A DNA stretch of 63,744 nucleotides, counting the filler, from Reticulomyxa filosa (Eukaryota > Protista > Foraminifera), in assembly GCA_000512085.1 (NCBI GenBank). It is 21 parts of 21 records of this genome, joined end to end, with 100 filler letters (N's around TTAATTAATTAA, not from the genome) between each part and the next. Parts side by side here need not be neighbours in the genome. Positions count along the whole stretch, not along the records: positions 20,873 to 26,651 come from ASPP01004248.1; positions 26,752 to 27,846 come from ASPP01041409.1; positions 27,947 to 32,503 come from ASPP01015985.1; positions 32,604 to 33,771 come from ASPP01009800.1; positions 33,872 to 35,538 come from ASPP01010970.1; positions 35,639 to 36,958 come from ASPP01004785.1; positions 37,059 to 38,975 come from ASPP01002693.1; 14 more parts are not named here. The stretch is one strand, 5' to 3'. This document shows, piece by piece, positions 24,709-38,255 of the stretch. The number at the start of each line of letters is the position of its first letter. Position 1 is the stretch's first letter. The position numbers and the translations under genes were made by a program. The notes beneath the pieces were generated by a model that made no database searches, was not told where the DNA came from, and saw only the letters and a list, made by a program, of their open reading frames with translations.

Positions 24709-25461
24709 TTAATCAATAAGAAATTGAAACGATTGATGTTGTTCTGCTTGAGCATTGGACTCAACATCATGAGTATTTTTTATTGGAGAATACAAATACT
24801 TCGCCAAGCCACAATAAGGTATGCGAGTACGACCCAGACGATAATCTAAAAGTCGGATACCTTCTCGGTGTGTGATACAAAGAACAAATTTGTGAGAAGT
24901 ATTATCTTTGAGAATATTTTCTACTGACTGTTGAAAATTTTCATGAATATATTGATCATCATAACAAAATTGCCATGAAATGGAGGTAGAATCTTTCGAA
25001 TCAAGACAAAGTTGTTGTAAAACTTCTTTTTTTTGTAAAAAACGAAAATGAATTGTTTCTTGAGATACTTGTTTCAAGTATAATTCACCATGGTTTGATT
25101 TTTCTATTCCTCTATCTTGTACTGCAGTTGCACATTCACTTAAACCTGGTCTTACTTGCAAAGTAATAGTTGTAAGTTGATCAGAAAGTAATTGTTTAGC
25201 AATTTCAAATGCTGTTTGTAATGTTCGTTCACAAGGACTAACATAAATTATATGTGACCAATCATTTGTCCAACCTATTTCTTCTAAATGTTGTCGTAAT
25301 AATTGTCCTCTTAAACAAGCTTGTAATTTTCCATTTTTTGTTAATGGAGGATCAAATAAACGATCTATTGCAGAAGTACTTTGCCATTCTTTATATTCTT
25401 CTGTTTCATCTGCACGTTCTCCATGTCGTATTAACCATAATTGATTATTTGATAAAGACAT
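24709..25461 (-). CDS. Histidine phosphatase (phosphoglycerate mutase superfamily), intronless
   Basis: LIRHGERAD, DPPLTKNG..QA, VSPCERTLQTA, GLSE, ITHREGI. Confidence 0.92.
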   Translation of the reverse strand: MSLSNNQLWLIRHGERADETEEYKEWQSTSAIDRLFDPPLTKNGKLQACLRGQLLRQHLEEIGWTNDWSHIIYVSPCERTLQTAFEIAKQLLSDQLTTITLQVRPGLSECATAVQDRGIEKSNHGELYLKQVSQETIHFRFLQKKEVLQQLCLDSKDSTSISWQFCYDDQYIHENFQQSVENILKDNTSHKFVLCITHREGIRLLDYRLGRTRIPYCGLAKYLYSPIKNTHDVESNAQAEQHQSFQFLID

Positions 25462-25977
25462 TGATTTTGTAAATGAGAGATGAGCATTAGAATTCGTAAT
25501 TTTAATTGGTCTATTTATATTTGAAAAGATTTCAAATTAAATAATTTATTTAAATTATTATCATTGTTAATTAACTCATAGATACAAGCAGTTGCATTTG
25601 GGTCTGGTTTTTCGATGGACGACATGGTTACAGCATCTTGCGAAAGTATTTTTGAGGTTGGTTCAGTAGTAGTTCTACTTGTTTTGCAACAAAAGCACGC
25701 CCACATTTGTAAATATGTGTACACTTACTTGCAAGTTTTTTTTTTTTTGTAAAGTAAAAGTGTTTTTGAATCTCTTAGAAACAAATATATCCTAATTTGG
25801 CTTTTTTTTTTAAACATTTTATAAATGATGATAATGTTAATAGATAACTTTAAAAACAAATTTGAATAAAATTGAATAGCTGGTTTTCATTTTGGAAAAA
25901 AAAATATAAAATATTCAAGAACTGGAAAAAGTAAATGGGATATGTATTATATATATATTCTTTTTTGTTTGCTTATT

Positions 25978-26651
25978 TCAAATAGGCCCTTCTTCTTCCT
26001 TTTTGAAATCTGTGGATTTGATAATATTAGCTGATTCGAACACTGATGCTGGTGATTCATACATATCTAAAATTTTGGAGCAAATTTCTATAATATTTAT
26101 TAAAACAATAATAACAAAAATATAAAAAAAAAAAAAAAACAATATAAAAAGATAAAAAAATACCATTAAGAGTGCTTTCAGAAATATCAAATTTTTTCCA
26201 CCATTGAGGAAGTAGCGTTCCACATACAATTTGATGAATTTTTTTGGAGCCATGATTTGAATTTCTATTGGTAACAGTAGTACCAACGGTAGTTCCAACA
26301 GCATATTCATATTCGTGAATATATGTCGGAGCAGTACAAGCACCAGCATGAGTAGAAGTTTGGTGTTGATCTTTTACATTTTTGTGTTTGCGCTCACAAC
26401 TAAAGTGTTTGAGTTCATCAGGAGTTATTTGTTGGATTAGTTCAGATGCGACACGAATTGCAGCCACTGCAATTTCATGTGCTTTGTAGGTCAATACAAT
26501 CATACTATCATACATTACATCATTGCAAATGGCCCATGACAACCAAACTACTTTTTGAGATGCTTTTGATAAGTTCATATCATACATAAATAGGATATGT
26601 ATATTATAATGTAATATTTGATACCGTTATTATTATTTTTTTTTTTGTTTG
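25978..26651 (-). CDS. Transcription-type cyclin (K/T/L family), C-terminal cyclin box, 5' truncated
   Basis: SWAICND..LTYKAHEIAVAAI..A, PQWWKKFDIS, EICSKILDMY match the second cyclin fold of cyclin K/L/T. Confidence 0.75.
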
Positions 26652-26906
26652 NNNNNNNNNNNNNNNNNNNNNNNNNNNNNNNNNNNNNNNNNNNNTTAAT
26701 TAATTAANNNNNNNNNNNNNNNNNNNNNNNNNNNNNNNNNNNNNNNNNNNNCCAATGTCTCGAAACAATTGACTAATGAGTAGAATAAAACATGGTCTGC
26801 ATTTCGTCGTCATTATCATCATTTTAATCATAATTGGACACTATCACACCAGTCAAGCAGCTTCTATTGAATACTCTTTTTTCTTTTCATCCACGATATT
26901 TTCCGA

Positions 26907-27846
26907 CTACCAAATCCATCTGCTATTGTCATCGCCCTTATGATGAGGGATACATCTTGGCCTTGTCAAATGGACGTATGGTCCTGGACGCGAGTATTTC
27001 GAATAATGACCATTATCCAACATTTGGATTGATGATCCAATGAGTGAAGTTTTTTTTTTTTTCATTATTGAGTGTATTTGTTGTTGTTGTTGTTTTTGGT
27101 ATGAGCTTCGTCTTTCTTGCTCTTTTGGATGCCGTGTCTCAACTTGTTTTTTGAGTGTGTCAAAGGTCACTACGCATTTCTGAGTTTCGATTGTTGGTTC
27201 TACGCCATAAAATTAGCGCCAATTTCACAACGATCGAGTTTCCCTTGTTTTCTGCCATTATCTTTCTAATGCTTCGGGTTTTCACTTGATATTATCAGTA
27301 GCTTTCATTGAATTCAATAATATCTTTGTAATATCAGATGAACGGTGACTGGAGGAATTAGCAGTTTTCTGTTGAATTGGTATGCTTTGGACATTTCTTG
27401 GAATGCTGACATGTTGGCATGTTTTAATATTCCATCCTCGTCTTGATCAAAGAAATGAAACACGTTCTTGAGATGTGAATCAAAGTTGGAGAATGTCTTT
27501 TCATTGACATTTGTCTTTGCATTTTGATCTTTTTGAGACAGTTTGGATATTGCATTGTCAATATCGATTTCCTCAAAGATTCATTATCCGTTCATCTAAC
27601 AATACCGAGATTGAAGATTGTGGATATCCTCTTCGCGATTATAATTCGACAAAATGTAATTGCAGCAATGCAATCCAAACACAAATTGACTTACTCACTT
27701 TTTGAGCATTGAAAAAACCATTCTCATTTGGTGGAGTTGCTCCCATAATGATAGCAGTGTCACTCACCATGCCGATGCTTTTGTAGACTTCAGTAGGATT
27801 TCATAACTTCACATTATGGACATCGTCCTTTCAAATATTGGAGACT
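26907..27846 (-). pseudogene. Degenerate coding relic with an EF-hand-like motif
   Basis: Short coding-like readings broken by stops, including HLKNVFHFFDQDEDGILK near 27430-27480. No long intact ORF. Confidence 0.4.
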
Positions 27847-27946
27847 NNNNNNNNNNNNNNNNNNNNNNNNNNNNNNNNNNNNNNNNNNNNTTAATTAATT
27901 AANNNNNNNNNNNNNNNNNNNNNNNNNNNNNNNNNNNNNNNNNNNN

Positions 27947-27980
<34 letters not shown>

Positions 27981-30288
27981 TCGAACCCGCAAAATCGAAA
28001 GTGAACGGCGACGTTCGAGTTTAACTCATCTCGACGTTCTCGGCTTGAAAAACGAAGCCAAAAAGTTGAAGCAGGACATAAGGGAAGTGAAATCGGACCT
28101 GGTATATCGCAGCAAAGAGTTGGCGACTGATCAGGACATTACAGCCGTGAAGAAGTTGAAAATGGGTAGCCCGGCCTTTGGCGTGAAAGACGTGGAGCAA
28201 ACGCCAGCTCCCAGTCCCAAATTGCAAGCACAAAAGAATAACAATAATAATGATGGTGATGGCAATGATGATGCTGGTGATGATGATGACGACGACGACG
28301 AGGATTGGAAACATACAGAAGAATATGGCAATTATAATAACCAAAACGTTGGAGTGCCTAATGAATTTGGAAACGGCAGTGACGAGGAAGAGCAAGATGA
28401 ACACCCCGGGCCATTGTTATCTGTCCAGCACGGAACATCGAGCTTCCGACATCGCGAATCGAAAATAACCATTGAGGAACTGCAGTCCATGTTTGATGGC
28501 AAAACTCAATTGGTGCAAGATCTGCAACGACAGATGGAGACCTTGCGGCAGTCGAGGCAAACCGAAATCTACACCTTGCAAAATGGATTGAAGCAAATGA
28601 TCGAACAATGTCGCTTGTGGTGGCAAAAGCTATTGCAACGATATCAACAATTGGAAAAAAGAATTCCTTCAGTACAATAGCAACAACAGTGGCATTCCAT
28701 CTAATGGTTATACTTTGTTTATTTGTTTGAATAAATAAAAATTTTTTAAAAATCAAAATCAAATATATATATGTATATGTATATGTACTCCTTTTTTTTT
28801 TAAAAAAAAAAAAAATAAATAAATAAATAAATCCAGAAAAACTCAACCATGAACTCGAAACTTCGAAAAAAGAATTGGAACAGGTGTTGAATGTCAAGAA
28901 CCAACAAATAAACGAGTTAACGTCGCGAATGAAAGAATTGGAGCATCAAAAGTATCAATATGAGCATGATGAAACAGAGATTCGAAAAGAAACCCAACAG
29001 TTGAAAGAGTCATTGTCGAGACAAGAAAGTGTGTTCATCGGTTCGTTGGACACGTTTGCCAAAGTATCCTTCCAAAAGTTGGACGAAATTGAAAAGTATT
29101 ATCGTCAACATATTGGCGAATTGAACCGTCCTCTTAGTCAAGAACAACTGGCGACTGCAATGGCCAATCGCAAAGATGTCTTTGAAAAGATCAAGCTTGC
29201 CTTGGAACAAGAAAGACAACAAGCTCTGTTTGTCGTGTCATCGATCAGAAATAGTCCCAATCCTGTTGCCATTGCTATTGCTCCTGCTGCACGTTCTCTC
29301 AATGTTGCCAATCAAGGTCTCTCAATAATGTAAAACGTATCTCTCTTTCTTTCTTTCCCTCCTCTCCCTATCTTTTTTTCTATTTGTTTACTTTATACTC
29401 TATTTTTATCATTGGTATGGGTAATATCTTTTTTTTTTTTTTTTTGCTTTTGTATATTTCCACACAGCAAATAGTGCCAATCCGAAAAATAAAGATTTGA
29501 TGGATAATGAAGCTATAAAACAATTGGATGTGGAAAATAAACTGCTGAAACAAGTGAATGAAGACTTGATAAATAAATTGAACGCGTTTCAAAATGACTT
29601 CACCGAAAAGAAGGAAAAGTTTCAGCAGAAACTCCACAACTACGAACAGGCGTGCCAAGATTTGGCTCAAAAATTAAAAGATTCGGCGGTTGCCTGTGAC
29701 GAAATGCAAAAGAAATTTGACAAGGCTCAAAAAGCTACTGTCAAGCACAAACACAAAAAAAATAAATTAAAAGAGCAGCTCAAAGAAGTTAAAGAACAAG
29801 TTCAAAATTTACAATCTGTTCAAGTCGATATTGTCAATGCCAAACAAACACTGAAGTCGTCACAACAAGAGTGGGATACCACGTTAATCATTGCATATCA
29901 TTATCACAGAACAATACTTGTTGTCAACTTCGTCATATTTGACATCTTGTTTATTTTTTTTTTTAACAAAATAAATCCAGAAAAGGACAGTTAGAATCAA
30001 CAATTAAAAAATTGGAAGAGGAGACAGAACTTTTACGCAAGGGCAAAGTAGAAATGGTGAAACAAACAATGGTCGAAATTAACAATTTGAGAGATTATAT
30101 CAAACTATTGCAGAAACAGTTACAAACACAATTTTATTCACTTATTATGAATAACACCTAAAAAAAAATATTTTTTTTGCACTTTTATATCTTACAGGAT
30201 CAAACAACGCAAAGAAAGCGGTGAAGCAGCGTCTGCAGTAGCAGGAACAACGATAATGAGTGGCTTTATCTCTTTATTTGGAAAGTAG
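27947..30288 (+). CDS. Long coiled-coil protein, multi-exon, 5' truncated
   Basis: E/K/Q/L heptad-rich ORFs 28045-28680, 28875-29333 and 29497-29994 plus short exons ending ..TTIMSGFISLFGK* at 30288, separated by AT-rich introns. Confidence 0.8.
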
Positions 30289-30795
30289 CTGAGGGAAAGA
30301 GTAGAAAGTCACCTTGTACCCTCATTACAATGAAATAACATCTTGTAGTGTTTTCTCTCCACAAAAAAGTTTTTGATTCGTTGTTCCACTGTCCAAACGA
30401 TATTTTTTATGTCTTGAGATGAATTGTACCGTTGATTTTTTTTTGTTGTGTTGAAGATTGAAATGCCAGACGGTGATTTACTCGTTGAGCATTGGTTGTA
30501 AGATTTTTTTTTTCTTTTGATGTTTACTGAAGCATTCAATTCTTTTTTGCGCATTGTGCGTTTTTTTTGTGTTTTCGATGAAAAATTTGAAGTTAAACCA
30601 ATCGCAAAAAAAAAGAGGAATATAGGCTTGAAAATATTAATTCTTGCAGCTGTTATGCACGAAAAAACAGGAGGATGCTTTTGATTCTCATCAAAAGCAA
30701 CTTGATTTGTGAATACACTACATTTTAAATAATTTTGTTCAATTTTATTTTTTTTTGTATGAACAAATATAATAATCCCTTTTGAACAAATTGAT

Positions 30796-32503
30796 TTAGT
30801 CTGTACCGTGAACCATAACCTTGTAAACGCACAAGTGATCAGCACCTCCGTTGGTCAAGAAACGGAATACGAGAAATTTAAATTTCAATGGATCTTTGTC
30901 ATTTTTATCTTTAGCAAAATGTTGCATGACATCAAACGTGTGCATTCCTTTGGGGCTACCTGGATTGCTTTGCCTTGTATCATCATAATCATAAACAAAG
31001 ATTCCCAAATTGTACCAATTTTCGCTGTCATTACTGGCCTGATCCAATGAAACAAAGATCATACATCAATATAACGCTCGATTTTTTTCTTTTTTTTTTC
31101 TCTCAAAAATTGCTCAACTAAGACATGAAACAGCCTCGGAGAAGAGTGTTTGGTAATATCTGAGACAAGGACTGATTGCAAATGGAATAAAGACACTTTC
31201 TCAACAACAATAGACCGATACAATTCAACTTGCACGTAGGCATATTGTAAATAGGGATCACGCAAAGTTTCTGCGATCCATAGTGTGTGCTCGGATTCTA
31301 ATGGAATAAGTAGTGAGTTTTGAGTGGAGGAGTCAATAATATCTTTTGTTAATTTGAGCAACTGCGGATTTTGGTTATTGAGAAGTGCATGTTTAAAACT
31401 CAAGGGGATGCATTCCCCTGGCCTTTTTTTTGAACACTCGCCAAGGACAGCATGTTGTCGATACATTTTGAATATATTCAAAGCCAAGAAACTCCAAAAT
31501 CGATCGGATATTGTTTCTGTCAACAAACTGGAATGTTTTACCACTTGGTAGGCCCAATCTTTGTTTTGGAAATACCATTCCAGCATCCCATTTTCACTTC
31601 CCGTTGTACCAGTCTGTTTTCTTTCCGGTCTTTTTTCTAAATTATTCACTTGATTTTGAATTTGGGTTATCGATTGTCGTAATTGCTCAATCGATACCGT
31701 TATTGTATTGATTGACAACTGTTGATCAGCGTTCATCTGTTGAAAATATTTGGCTGCCTTTTACACACCAAACCCAAATTTTTATCTTTCAATTTGTTTG
31801 GAATGATTGATATAATAATAATAAAAATTGGCTGACAGCGCAAAAACGCGAAACTGCTTCTTGAAAATTTTTTTCAAACCTTTCTTCGATATCTTTGAAA
31901 TTGACATCCTTGCTTGCATCTTTGCGCCCGTCACTATCAGTAGGTGATGATGAGCCTTTTTTACCGATTGAGTTTGTGTCTAATATGGACTTTTGTACCA
32001 ATGAATCAACGGATTTCTGCAGAGTCTTCAATGTCTGTTGCTGTTCTGCCACCGTTGCTTTCAATGTTTTTATATCCACTACTTCTGCTGTGCTATCATC
32101 TATTCTAGGTGATGATATCTTTGTTTGTTTAACCAAATTATCGACCTTATGTTCCAGTTGCAGCATGCTGCTAGAAAGACCCGCCAATTTCCTCTCTTCT
32201 TCTTTTTGCTGAGTTATCAAATTCTTTTTTTTTTGTTTTTCAACCCCAAAAAAGTTATGTGATGTTTTCTTTTTTTTCTTAAATTTGCTGACTAATCAAA
32301 AAAATAGGACTCTTTTTTTAATATTGTTTTATGTAACTGAAATTTTGCCATTCAACTCCTTATTTTGGTGTTCAATGCTTTGAAAGAAAAAATCTTTATT
32401 GTTAAGCTCAGGACCATTGTTATTTTGTGTTAATAAACGACCCGAATTTCTGAATTTTTTGTATTGCTGCTTTGTCTTAAAAAAAAAAAAAAAAAAAAAA
32501 AAA
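30796..32503 (-). CDS. SUN-domain (Sad1/UNC-84) nuclear envelope protein, 5' truncated
   Basis: Coiled coil followed by RPGECIPLSF, SSPRLFHV, LGIFVYD, HTF and terminal FRFLTNGGADHLCVYKVMVHG (SUN consensus SNwG..tClYrfrVHG). Confidence 0.88.
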
Positions 32504-32732
32504 NNNNNNNNNNNNNNNNNNNNNNNNNNNNNNNNNNNNNNNNNNNNTTAATTAATTAANNNNNNNNNNNNNNNNNNNNNNNNNNNNNNNNNNNNNNNNN
32601 NNNAAAAATGACAAGGCCGATAAACACTTTTTTTTTTTTTTGCTTTACGGCTTTTGGAAGAATGATGCTTTAGTTTTAGTCTGAGATGAATGTCAGAATG
32701 TGGTTTAAAAAAAACAAAAAAAAAACAAGGGT

Positions 32733-33712
32733 TTGACAAACAAAGTGAACTCACAAATGTTGATGTTAGGTCTCAGTTTATTATTGTCAAGCCGTAGAAA
32801 ATCCAAATCGATGAGCAACGTGTTGAGAGGAGCAGAGAAGATGAACCTCACCCCAAAGGGCAAGCACCAAACGCCAAAGACAGAATTGCTTCGATCTCAT
32901 CACAAAATCGGTGCGAATTGCAACAGAGCCAGAATGACCCCAATTGGCACTTGCAAGCCACCGTTTCCGGAAAGTACTTTGAACAATGGCGGTATTCAAC
33001 ATAGCCACTTGCACTCGCGCAATAGCAGCTGCAGCAGCACAAGCAGTACGGCCAGCAGTTCCAACAGCAATAGCACTAGTAATAGCAATAGCAATAGCAA
33101 TAGCAACAATAGCAATGGTAACAATAGCAATGGCAGTGCTTGCGTTGATCGCAGCAAGTCTGTACTATTCTCTTCCGAAACGTTCGATTTGCGTCACTTT
33201 TTGCAAAAAAAAGTAAAACCAAAGACCCGTGTGAGACAAAAGAGAAAGGATGTCCAGTCAATAAGTCAGAGACACAAGGCAAAAAAGACAACGACAATGT
33301 CAGCAACGATAGCAACGACAATGACAAAGGAAACAAGATCAACAGTAACAATCTTTCTATCGAAACCAATGGATCGAATCATGGTAATAGCAATAGCAAT
33401 AACAATAGCAATAGCAATGGTAATGGACATGACAATGACACAGATATCGATATTTCCATTGAGGTGGATACCGATGTCGACGTTGACGCTGATATTGATG
33501 TTGATGTTGATGCTGACGCTGACGTGAACGTCGACCAGAAAGCAAAGACGAATGGAAAGGCAGCGGATGATCAAAGAAAAGATAGTTCCACTAACAAAAT
33601 GGAACAAAATAATGAAAAGCCAAATTCCACGCTGCAAACAAATACGGCAGAGATGGAACAAAGTCACACCGATTTGATCTCGCGAGCATTCAGTCGACAC
33701 CAAATGTTGTAA
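32733..33712 (+). CDS. Low-complexity S/N/D-rich hypothetical protein, 3' part
   Basis: Coding-like sequence with AGC/AAT and GAT/GTT codon repeats. Frame change at the A-run near 33210. Stop at 33712. Confidence 0.55.
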
Positions 33713-33871
33713 TCAATCATTTTGTTATATACGTCACAAATACACACTAGAACGTACAGAAACATCCCCTTNNNNNNNNNNNNNNNNNNNNNNNNNNNNN
33801 NNNNNNNNNNNNNNNTTAATTAATTAANNNNNNNNNNNNNNNNNNNNNNNNNNNNNNNNNNNNNNNNNNNN

Positions 33872-34092
33872 TCTCCAATCCACCACCATGTATGGACAGC
33901 AAGGAGGACAAACAATTCCGCAGTCCAACCCTTATCAAACCACTATGATGCAGCAACAGATCACTCAACGTTTTGTTTTTTTTTATTCTCTCTTTACTTG
34001 GGTCTTATTATTATTTGTGTAAATGTGTGCTTTTGTCTTTGTGCTGAACAGCAACCAATCCATACTACGGTGCAAGTGCCCCACCTCCATAA
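33872..34092 (+). CDS. Q/P/Y-rich C-terminal fragment of an unknown protein
   Basis: ..MYGQQGGQTIPQSNPYQTTMMQQQITQ|PTNPYYGASAPPP* across one GT-AG intron. Confidence 0.55.
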
Positions 34093-34433
34093 ACTCTTTT
34101 AGTTTGTGTTTGTTCTGGAAATTTTTTTTCCGTAGAGAAACAAATGGGAGGATGTACGTGTTTGTCAATTACAATTTTTTTTGCCTTTTTTGGGAGCGAA
34201 ATACACTTGTCACAAACGAGTAGTTAAAAACCGAAGATATTCATTGTTGAGTAAATCCTTTCCTTTTCACTTTGTCATTAGCAAAGAAACTTAGTAAAGA
34301 ACTCAAAAATGCAGTCCGAAAATAGAGACACATTAACCAAGCTTTAGTTGTACAAACGTCAACTAAGTCTACTTGAACCAAGGTATAAAGTTGGAATTTT
34401 TACAACTAACAGAGAAAATCAACACCGAGTGAG

Positions 34434-35538
34434 ATGACATATCATGACATGATCGATCCAAATGTGCCTCCAGGTGTTTATTTTACTGGCACAGCACTTA
34501 TCTCTCTGGTATTCGTGATAAATATTCAACAGCTGTGTGTGTCGAATCTCCAAGACCAACCTCAAACTCAGTATCGATGCACAATTTTTTATATTCTTTG
34601 TTTGTGTTCATCAACCATTGGTTGCTAGTGGCACATTACGAACAACGTTTCGTAGTAAAAAAAAGGACCTACCTACACTTTTTCTTAAAAAAAAAAAGAG
34701 AGAAAGAGAAGAGGAGGCTTATCATATTTTTTTTTGAAAAAAGTGGTATGCACGTGTGTATAAACACTAGCGTATGATGCAGGTTTGGTATTGGTATTGC
34801 GCCTAAGTACCTACTTCAGCGTTGTAAGTTTTCTCTGGGCTTCCTATTTATTCATAGTCGAATCAATCCGTGTCTTATTCAGCAAACAATCACACTTGGT
34901 TTGTGTAAAATGACTGTATTGTTATTGTTGTTTGTGTCTCTTTTTAACATGCAGTCTTTTCTTAAGAACACACGTATACAACATTATTGGGGGGGGGGGG
35001 AAAAAAAAAAAAATTTTTTTTGTTTTGGAACGTTTGAAGAAAGAGCCCCCGAGGTCGTTCACTAGGCCTTTTTTGCTACTGTTAGTAGTGCACTTCATAA
35101 CAATAACGCTGTGCTACGTGATATCGTTTTCGTTGTCCAATAAGCCGTTGTTTCCGATTGCCGTGGTATATTACAGCTATCAAAACTTCCACTTCATCTG
35201 CGGTTGTCTGCTGTGCATATATTGTATACTAATTGTTCGTGGTGAAGTGAAGACAATATTGAACAAGGCTCAAAGTGCGGGTAATCGTGTTCCGCAAAGC
35301 TTGGAACTGGAAGCAAACTCGAGCAACAGTAGGAAAAGCAAGGAGAAAGAATCTTCCAGCCAAAACACAAAAGACCGCACTACCACTAGCATTGATGACG
35401 AAACCAAAGGCTCTTCATTTCAGGATAAAACGAGGTTATTGATAAGTGCAAAGAACAAATTGGATTTGTTACTTTTGGTCGCGTTTGTTCTTATCATATT
35501 AGGAGGTCGCTTTTTTTTTTTTTTTTTTATACGTATTA
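34434..35538 (+). CDS. Multi-pass (probably 7TM-like) membrane protein, 3' truncated
   Basis: About six hydrophobic segments across exons, with a long polar loop before the last visible one. One apparent 1-nt frameshift near 34622. Confidence 0.6.
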
Positions 35539-35638
35539 NNNNNNNNNNNNNNNNNNNNNNNNNNNNNNNNNNNNNNNNNNNNTTAATTAATTAANNNNNN
35601 NNNNNNNNNNNNNNNNNNNNNNNNNNNNNNNNNNNNNN

Positions 35639-36315
35639 GGTTGCTGTGGTTGTTGTTGCTTCAGACCTTCATTTTGATTCACATTCACATTTGCATTCGC
35701 ATTCGCATTCACATTCGCATTTGAATGTTGACCTTGACTTGAACTTTGACTTTGACTTTGACTTTGACTTGGGTGTTCATTGTTGCACAATAGGTCTGAC
35801 TTGTCATCCTCACTTTTCACTTTGTTTTCTTTGCTCTTTATCACCCCGGTTTTTACCTTTATTTAAAAAAAAAAATAAAATACAAAATGACCCTTCAAAT
35901 AGCACGCGAATATGTATGGCACTTTTTTGAACCGCTCTTGTATGCGCACTTGCCGAAAGAAAAAAATGGAGGACAAAAAAAATGAACCAGTTTTCTTTTT
36001 TAAAAAAATAATAATAAACTTTGTAACAATAAGTTATGTTCTTAAACACCAAGCGCTCATATAACCAACCAAATGTGATACAACTGATCACTACTAATAT
36101 CCCTAATGTCCCAATGCCCTCCATTTCGAATGATGGTGTTGCTGTTGTTTTCCAAGTTTGGATGTTTGTTTAATTTGATTTTTTTTTTTTGGTTTAAAGA
36201 GTGACACAAAAATAAAAAAAAATAGAGGTCAGTAGTTTGTACTATGGGCAAGTTCTGAGTGCTGTGCTGAAGTAGACGAGCGTTCTTGCGAACAAGATGA
36301 CCGTAGTGTCGACAT
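35639..36315 (-). CDS. Hypothetical protein with one transmembrane segment, 3' truncated
   Basis: Short exons MSTLRSSCSQ.., MEGIGTLGILVVISCITFGWLYER, then an (SQ)n/(NA)n low-complexity exon. Confidence 0.45.
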
Positions 36316-37058
36316 TAAGCTGCTTAATGTTTAATTTTCCGGGAGCGTACCGTAGAGCTCACAAAAAACGTAACTGTTCAAAGCAAGTGTAACAGCAAAT
36401 CCAACTTATTATGCTGTTGTTTGTTAAAAGGAGACAAAAGTATGTCATAACCTTCTTACTTTTTTGTTTTTTTTGTGTAAGTCTCTTTATCTTTTCAACA
36501 AACAGCAAACCATTGAAAAGAAGTCTTGTAATCCAGTTCATTCAACAAATTTTGTATTCTTGCAATATGAAATACATTAACATCACGTTGCAATAAATCT
36601 TTTTTATTTTTTTTAAGAGTAAAAAAAAATTGGTTTATCTGAGAAAGAGAAAAAAAATTACTCGCTCCTGATCATGGGCCAATTACGACAAGGAAGATCC
36701 TCCTAACATCAAGATTCCACAATTGAGGAGTTGGTAAATAATTAATTTTATCGGATACTTCTCACAAAGATAGAACGAATGTAATTATTGTTTAAGTTGT
36801 ATACATTACACAACTTTTCGTGCACCTACTTCTTTTTTCTTTTTGTTTAAAGGGATACAACAAAAATAGGACTAAAGTTCTGTCGGAAGAAAAAGATTCG
36901 TGTTATTTGCAACAAAGTTACAAGTGTTAGCCTCTTGTTGCAATACTTGAAAAAAAAANNNNNNNNNNNNNNNNNNNNNNNNNNNNNNNNNNNNNNNNNN
37001 NNTTAATTAATTAANNNNNNNNNNNNNNNNNNNNNNNNNNNNNNNNNNNNNNNNNNNN

Positions 37059-37930
37059 TTATTTGTTTCTCCACATTTTGCATACACATTCAACATTGAC
37101 GAATCGAAATTATATCAACATCAATATTAAAATCATGTATCATTTTATTCCAAATCAATTCAGCACTTTGAATATCACGTGCATTTGCACAAACTGATAA
37201 TAAGGATGTACAAGTAATCAAATCTGGTTTGATGTTATATTTATCAATCATCAAATGGAGATAATATAGTGCCTGTTTAAAATCTCCTCTCTTTGCACAT
37301 CCTTTAATCATTGTATTAAATGTAATTATAGTAGGAACCAATAATTGATCAATATTTTGATCTTGTTGTTTTTCAAACCATTGTTGAAAATAATGTTTTT
37401 GTAAATCAAATTTATTCCATTTACCCAAATGATTTAAAATTGTGTTATTAAATATGATATCTGGATGAATATGTTTGCTTTCCACAATTTCAATAATTCG
37501 AATGATTAAATTGGGACATTTTAATTCTGAACATCTTTTAACAGCTGCAGCATAGAGAGACGTATCTTGAGATGAATTCTCCTTGAGATATTGAAGAATC
37601 TCTGTACCAAATTTCATTTTCTGAATTAACAATCGCTCATATTGTGTTTCCAGGGGAAGATATGTTTTTAATAATGCACCTTGTTGTCCCTTTAGCTTTT
37701 TCTTGTATTGAGCCATTTGATGTTCTTCGTCTAATGCAGCTTGACGTGAGTCGGGTTGACGGAATCGTCTGATGAGAATATAAGGAACAAGATTCCAGTT
37801 TGGCCTCTTGTTCAGTGCTTTTTGTCTAATGCTAGCTCTTCTGAGAGTTGTAATAATCATTGTTATCATTTTTTTTATTATCAATTTCAAAACTTGAACA
37901 TTGAGTTTTTGGGAGAGATTTTACACATGA
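37059..37930 (-). CDS. Pentatricopeptide repeat protein, 3' truncated
   Basis: Tandem ~35-aa motifs PDIIFNNTILNHLGK, PTIITFNTMIKGCAKRGDFKQA, PDLITCTSLLSVCA, and after a 1-nt frameshift SMLNVYAKCGE. Confidence 0.9.
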
Positions 37931-38255
37931 AACAAATTAAAAGTGACGAATAAATAATTCCCAATGGAAGACTGTTTTTTTTAAATTGTGAAAGTTGATA
38001 TAATCTTAATATATATATTTATTAAAAATTGAAAGCTTATTTAAACTATTGAAAATTGACTGATATCATTTTTCAACGGAGAGTTTTCTTTTTCACCCAA
38101 TTACTGCCTTAAGATTATTTTGTTTTTTAATGTTTGTGTTAACAAAACAATATAAATTGTGATGATTGTTATTTTTAGCATATAGAATTAATAAATTAAT
38201 CAAATGATGTTGTTATCTGAATTGTTTATTTCCATTTTCAAAAAGAACTTGAAAA

